From NCBI GenBank assembly GCA_965651925.1, contig CBFGUK010000005.1, positions 357 to 64,356 of the forward strand: a stretch of 64,000 nt of DNA, written 5' to 3'. The first letter of the stretch is position 1. Each line of letters begins with the position of its first letter. Below the pieces are notes generated by a model. The model was not told where the DNA came from. It worked only from the letters and a program-made list of their open reading frames with translations, and did no database searches. A program made the position numbers and the translations under genes. Below, one piece after another: positions 61,664 through 64,000 of the stretch. This DNA comes from an uncultured bacterium (GTDB lineage: Bacteria > Desulfobacterota > Binatia > HRBIN30 > CADEER01).

Positions 61664-62229
61664 GGCGCGAGATGGGCCGTGCAGTTCAGCACCTGCACGC
61701 GCCACGGGGCGTGCGGCTCGACGACCGTCAGCGAGGCGTTCTGCCACGGGCCGCAGGTCGCCCCGTCGAGCGCGAGATGGCGCTCGCTGATCGCGCGACA
61801 CACGAGGCCGTGGGTCACCACCGCGAGATTGCCGGGCGTTTCGGCGGCCCGCGCGACGAGGCGCGCCCACGCGGCATCGACGCGCGCGTGAAACGCCGCC
61901 CAGCTCTCGCCGCCCGGCGGCTCGTAGGTCGGCGCGAGGATGTCGACGTCGAACGTCGCATACGCGCGGCCGCGCAGGTCGCCGAAGTTGCGTTCCTGCA
62001 GGTCGGACTCGAGCGTCAGCGGCGCCGTCGTGGCGGCCTGCAGACGCTCGGCGGTCATCAGCGCGCGCGGCAGATCGCTCGAGACGATCGCCGCGACGCC
62101 GAGCGCGGTGACGCGGCGGGCGAGCGCCTCGGCCTGCGCGAGCCCGCGCTCGCTGAGCGGGGTGTCGGGCGTCTGCACGATGCGCGCCGCGTTCGCGGCG
62201 GTCTCGCCGTGCCGGATGAGGAAGATCAT
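61660..62229 (-). CDS. Histidine phosphatase (phosphoglycerate-mutase-like) family protein
   Basis: ATG 62229 inside ORF 61660..62514. Contains MIFLIRHGETAAN (RHG motif) and VVTHGLV. Confidence 0.8.
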   Translation of the reverse strand: MIFLIRHGETAANAARIVQTPDTPLSERGLAQAEALARRVTALGVAAIVSSDLPRALMTAERLQAATTAPLTLESDLQERNFGDLRGRAYATFDVDILAPTYEPPGGESWAAFHARVDAAWARLVARAAETPGNLAVVTHGLVCRAISERHLALDGATCGPWQNASLTVVEPHAPWRVQVLNCTAHLAP

Positions 62230-62234
62230 CGCCG

Positions 62235-63071
62235 TCAGCCGGGCGTGCGGGCGCGTTCGAGGTGGTGCGTGATCGCCGCAGACCACGCCGTCGGATTTTC
62301 GAGCTGCGGGCTGTGGGCGGCGTCGGGAATGGTGATCAGCTCGGCGCCGGGGATCGCGGCGGCCAGCTCGGCCGACGGCTGCAGGAAGCCGGCGTCCTCG
62401 CTGCCGACGATCACCGTGGTCGGGCAGGCGATCTCGCCGAGCCGCGGGGTGAGCGGCGTCTGGTCGACGAGCTCGAGCGTCAGCACGGCGAATGCCTCCG
62501 GGTCCATCGCGCACAGCCGTCGCTCGCGCCGCGCCCAGTAGGCGTCACCGAGCGTCGCCTCGAGGCGCCGCTCGGCGGGCGCGCGCGACGCATCGTCGGC
62601 GGCGCGGGCACGCAGCAGCGTGGCGAGCGTCCGCATGCCGTCGCTGCGCGCGATCGTGCCGGCGGCGGCGAACGGCGCCCGCGGCATGCGGTCCGGCGCG
62701 CGCGCCGCGGTGTCCATCAGCACCAGCGAGGCGACGCGCCCGGGATGCGCGAGCGCGAAGCGCAGCGCGATCATGCCGCCCATCGAGTGGCCGAGCAGGT
62801 CGCACGCCGCGATGTCGCGCGCGGTGAGCAGCGCCTCGAGATCGGCGACCAGCTGTGCGAACGTGTACGTCGTCGCATCGCCGGTGTGCCCGGCGTCACC
62901 GTGCCCGCGCTGGTCGTAGATCAGCGTGCGGCCACGATCCGCGAGCGCCGGCAGGTGCTCGCGGAAATCCTCGCGGCACCCGGTCAGGCCGTGCACGAGC
63001 ACGAACGGGCGCCCGCCGGTGCCGACATCCTCGACCACGAGCTCGGCGCCGTGGATCGTCACCCGTTCCAT
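62235..63071 (-). CDS. Alpha/beta hydrolase fold protein
   Basis: 278-aa ORF. Contains PFVLVHGLTG, LLGHSMGGMIAL (GxSxG nucleophile elbow) and AAHSPQLENP. Confidence 0.85.
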   Translation of the reverse strand: MERVTIHGAELVVEDVGTGGRPFVLVHGLTGCREDFREHLPALADRGRTLIYDQRGHGDAGHTGDATTYTFAQLVADLEALLTARDIAACDLLGHSMGGMIALRFALAHPGRVASLVLMDTAARAPDRMPRAPFAAAGTIARSDGMRTLATLLRARAADDASRAPAERRLEATLGDAYWARRERRLCAMDPEAFAVLTLELVDQTPLTPRLGEIACPTTVIVGSEDAGFLQPSAELAAAIPGAELITIPDAAHSPQLENPTAWSAAITHHLERARTPG

Positions 63072-63270
63072 CCCGGCTCCGTTAGCGGAGATCGCGCGCC
63101 GCGCCTAGCGGGTGCCACGGCGCGATCCGCCACGACGCGCGACCGCAGTGATCCCGCAGCGCCCGCCAATGCGCGGTAGCCTTACCGGCCTGCCTGCGGT
63201 AGGCGGCAGGGATGGAGAAGACGCGGTGCGTCACGACCGCGCGACGGCGGCCGGGGTGGCTGGGGGACGC

Positions 63271-64000
63271 GTGAACGAGCCAGGGGATCCGGGCGTGCCG
63301 GGCCGCACCTTCGTCGGCCGGGCGCGCGAGCTGGCCGAGCTCCGTGCTGCCATCGCCGACGCGGGGGCCGGACGCGGGCGCCTCGTGCTGATCGCCGGGG
63401 CGGCCGGGATCGGCAAGACGCGCCTCGCGGGCGAGCTGCAGGTGCTCGCGGAGGCGGCCGGCATGCAGGCGAGCTGGGCGCGCTGCTGGGACGGCGGCGG
63501 CGCGCCGGCGTTCTGGCCGTGGACGGTTCTGCTGCGGCCGCTCCTCGCCTCGACCGACGCGGCGGCGGTCGCGGCCCGACTCGGCCTGGCCGCGGCGCCG
63601 CTCGTGCACCTCGTGCCCGAGCTGCGTGCGCAGCGCACGCCGGTTCCCGCGCCGCCGCCGCCCGGCGCCTTCGACAGCGAACGCGCCCGGTTCCCGCTCT
63701 TCGATGCGGTCGCCCGTGTGCTGCGCGAGCTGGCGCAGGACCGGCCGCTGCTGCTGCTGTTCGACGACCTGCACGCCGCCGACGAGGCGTCGCTGCTGTT
63801 GCTGCGGTTCGTCGCCCGCGATCTGCACGGGGCGCGGCTGCTGATCGCCGCGACGCTGCGCGAGCGCGATCCGGACATCGATCCCGCCACCGCACAGCTC
63901 CTCGCGCGCCTCGGCCGCGCCGGAACCCACCTGCCGCTCGCCGGCTGGAGCGAGGAGGAGACGGCACAGTTCGTCACCGCGGCGAGCGGGACGGCGCCGC
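63271..64000 (+). CDS. AAA_16-type ATPase N-terminus of a large signal-transduction regulator (runs off the right edge)
   Basis: Own translation from GTG 63271 (alternative GTG 63295): VNEPGDPGVPGRTFVGRARELAELRAAIADAGAGRGRLVLIAGAAGIGKTRLAGEL (Walker A) ... LLLLFDDLHAADEASL (Walker B). Absent from the ORF track because there is no stop in the window. Confidence 0.7.
   Translation, partial: MNEPGDPGVPGRTFVGRARELAELRAAIADAGAGRGRLVLIAGAAGIGKTRLAGELQVLAEAAGMQASWARCWDGGGAPAFWPWTVLLRPLLASTDAAAVAARLGLAAAPLVHLVPELRAQRTPVPAPPPPGAFDSERARFPLFDAVARVLRELAQDRPLLLLFDDLHAADEASLLLLRFVARDLHGARLLIAATLRERDPDIDPATAQLLARLGRAGTHLPLAGWSEEETAQFVTAASGTAP

Noticed and set aside
63082-63977. Three overlapping minus-strand ORFs (about 250-280 aa)
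   Set aside because: They are antisense to the plus-strand AAA_16 ATPase reading frame, which shows Walker A (GAAGIGKT) and Walker B (LLLFDDLH). They were listed only because the real gene has no stop inside the window.
1-64000. Search for rRNA, tRNA, transposase, integrase, phage or toxin-antitoxin modules and for a low-GC island
   Set aside because: I saw no tRNA-like T-arm motifs (GGTTCGAATCC type), no rRNA-like stretches and no mobile-element genes. Composition looks uniformly GC-rich apart from short promoter-like patches and the ECF sigma gene.

Overview
Very GC-rich chromosomal segment from a diderm bacterium: BamD, TatA/TatC, Lgt and PBP1A are all present. MYXO-CTERM-like anchors, Pro/Thr linkers and a luciferase-like oxidoreductase hint at an uncultivated Myxococcota- or Binatota-like lineage, but that is inference only. 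The window is origin-proximal: dnaA lies at 9769-11109 with DnaA-box-like motifs upstream, yet dnaN is not beside it. I call about 60 protein genes. They include an AraC-controlled aromatic catabolic cluster (997-5604), wecB plus a glycosyltransferase, and a VKOR-DsbA fusion. Next come dnaA, a 1436-aa FG-GAP surface protein, and a CoA-metabolism block (HMG-CoA-synthase-like/DUF35 fusion, thiolase, two CaiB/BaiF CoA-transferases). These are followed by a three-gene cohesin/dockerin-like surface module, fabI, tandem lgt paralogs and a WS/DGAT plus SDR pair. The remainder holds yhbY, hisC, a GldFG-like ABC module with DUF4340, polA, an ECF sigma/anti-sigma pair, bamD, tatA/tatC, PBP1A, nth and others. 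The most interesting signals are four. (1) A clear SAM-I riboswitch with terminator gates a six-gene minus-strand operon (52723 down to 47328): an E1-like adenylyltransferase lacking the N-terminal RYxRQ motif, a ThrC-like PLP enzyme, a GG-terminated MoaD/ThiS-like sulfur carrier, a CysM-like PLP enzyme, a second degenerate E1-like protein that keeps RYSRQ, and an uncharacterised protein with a CX8CX2C motif. (2) A hierarchical cohesin/dockerin-like module with Cys-containing C-terminal anchors sits beside duplicated lgt genes. (3) The giant FG-GAP ORF has a complete C-terminal anchor plus a new signal peptide embedded in-frame in its middle. (4) A family of 7-8 nt tandem arrays (GCGGAGRY, GGTCACC, GTCAGCC), often in inverted pairs, occupies intergenic spacers. 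I recognised no rRNA, tRNA, CRISPR, transposase or integrase. Many long ORFs in the supplied track are antisense or out-of-frame artefacts of the high GC content.
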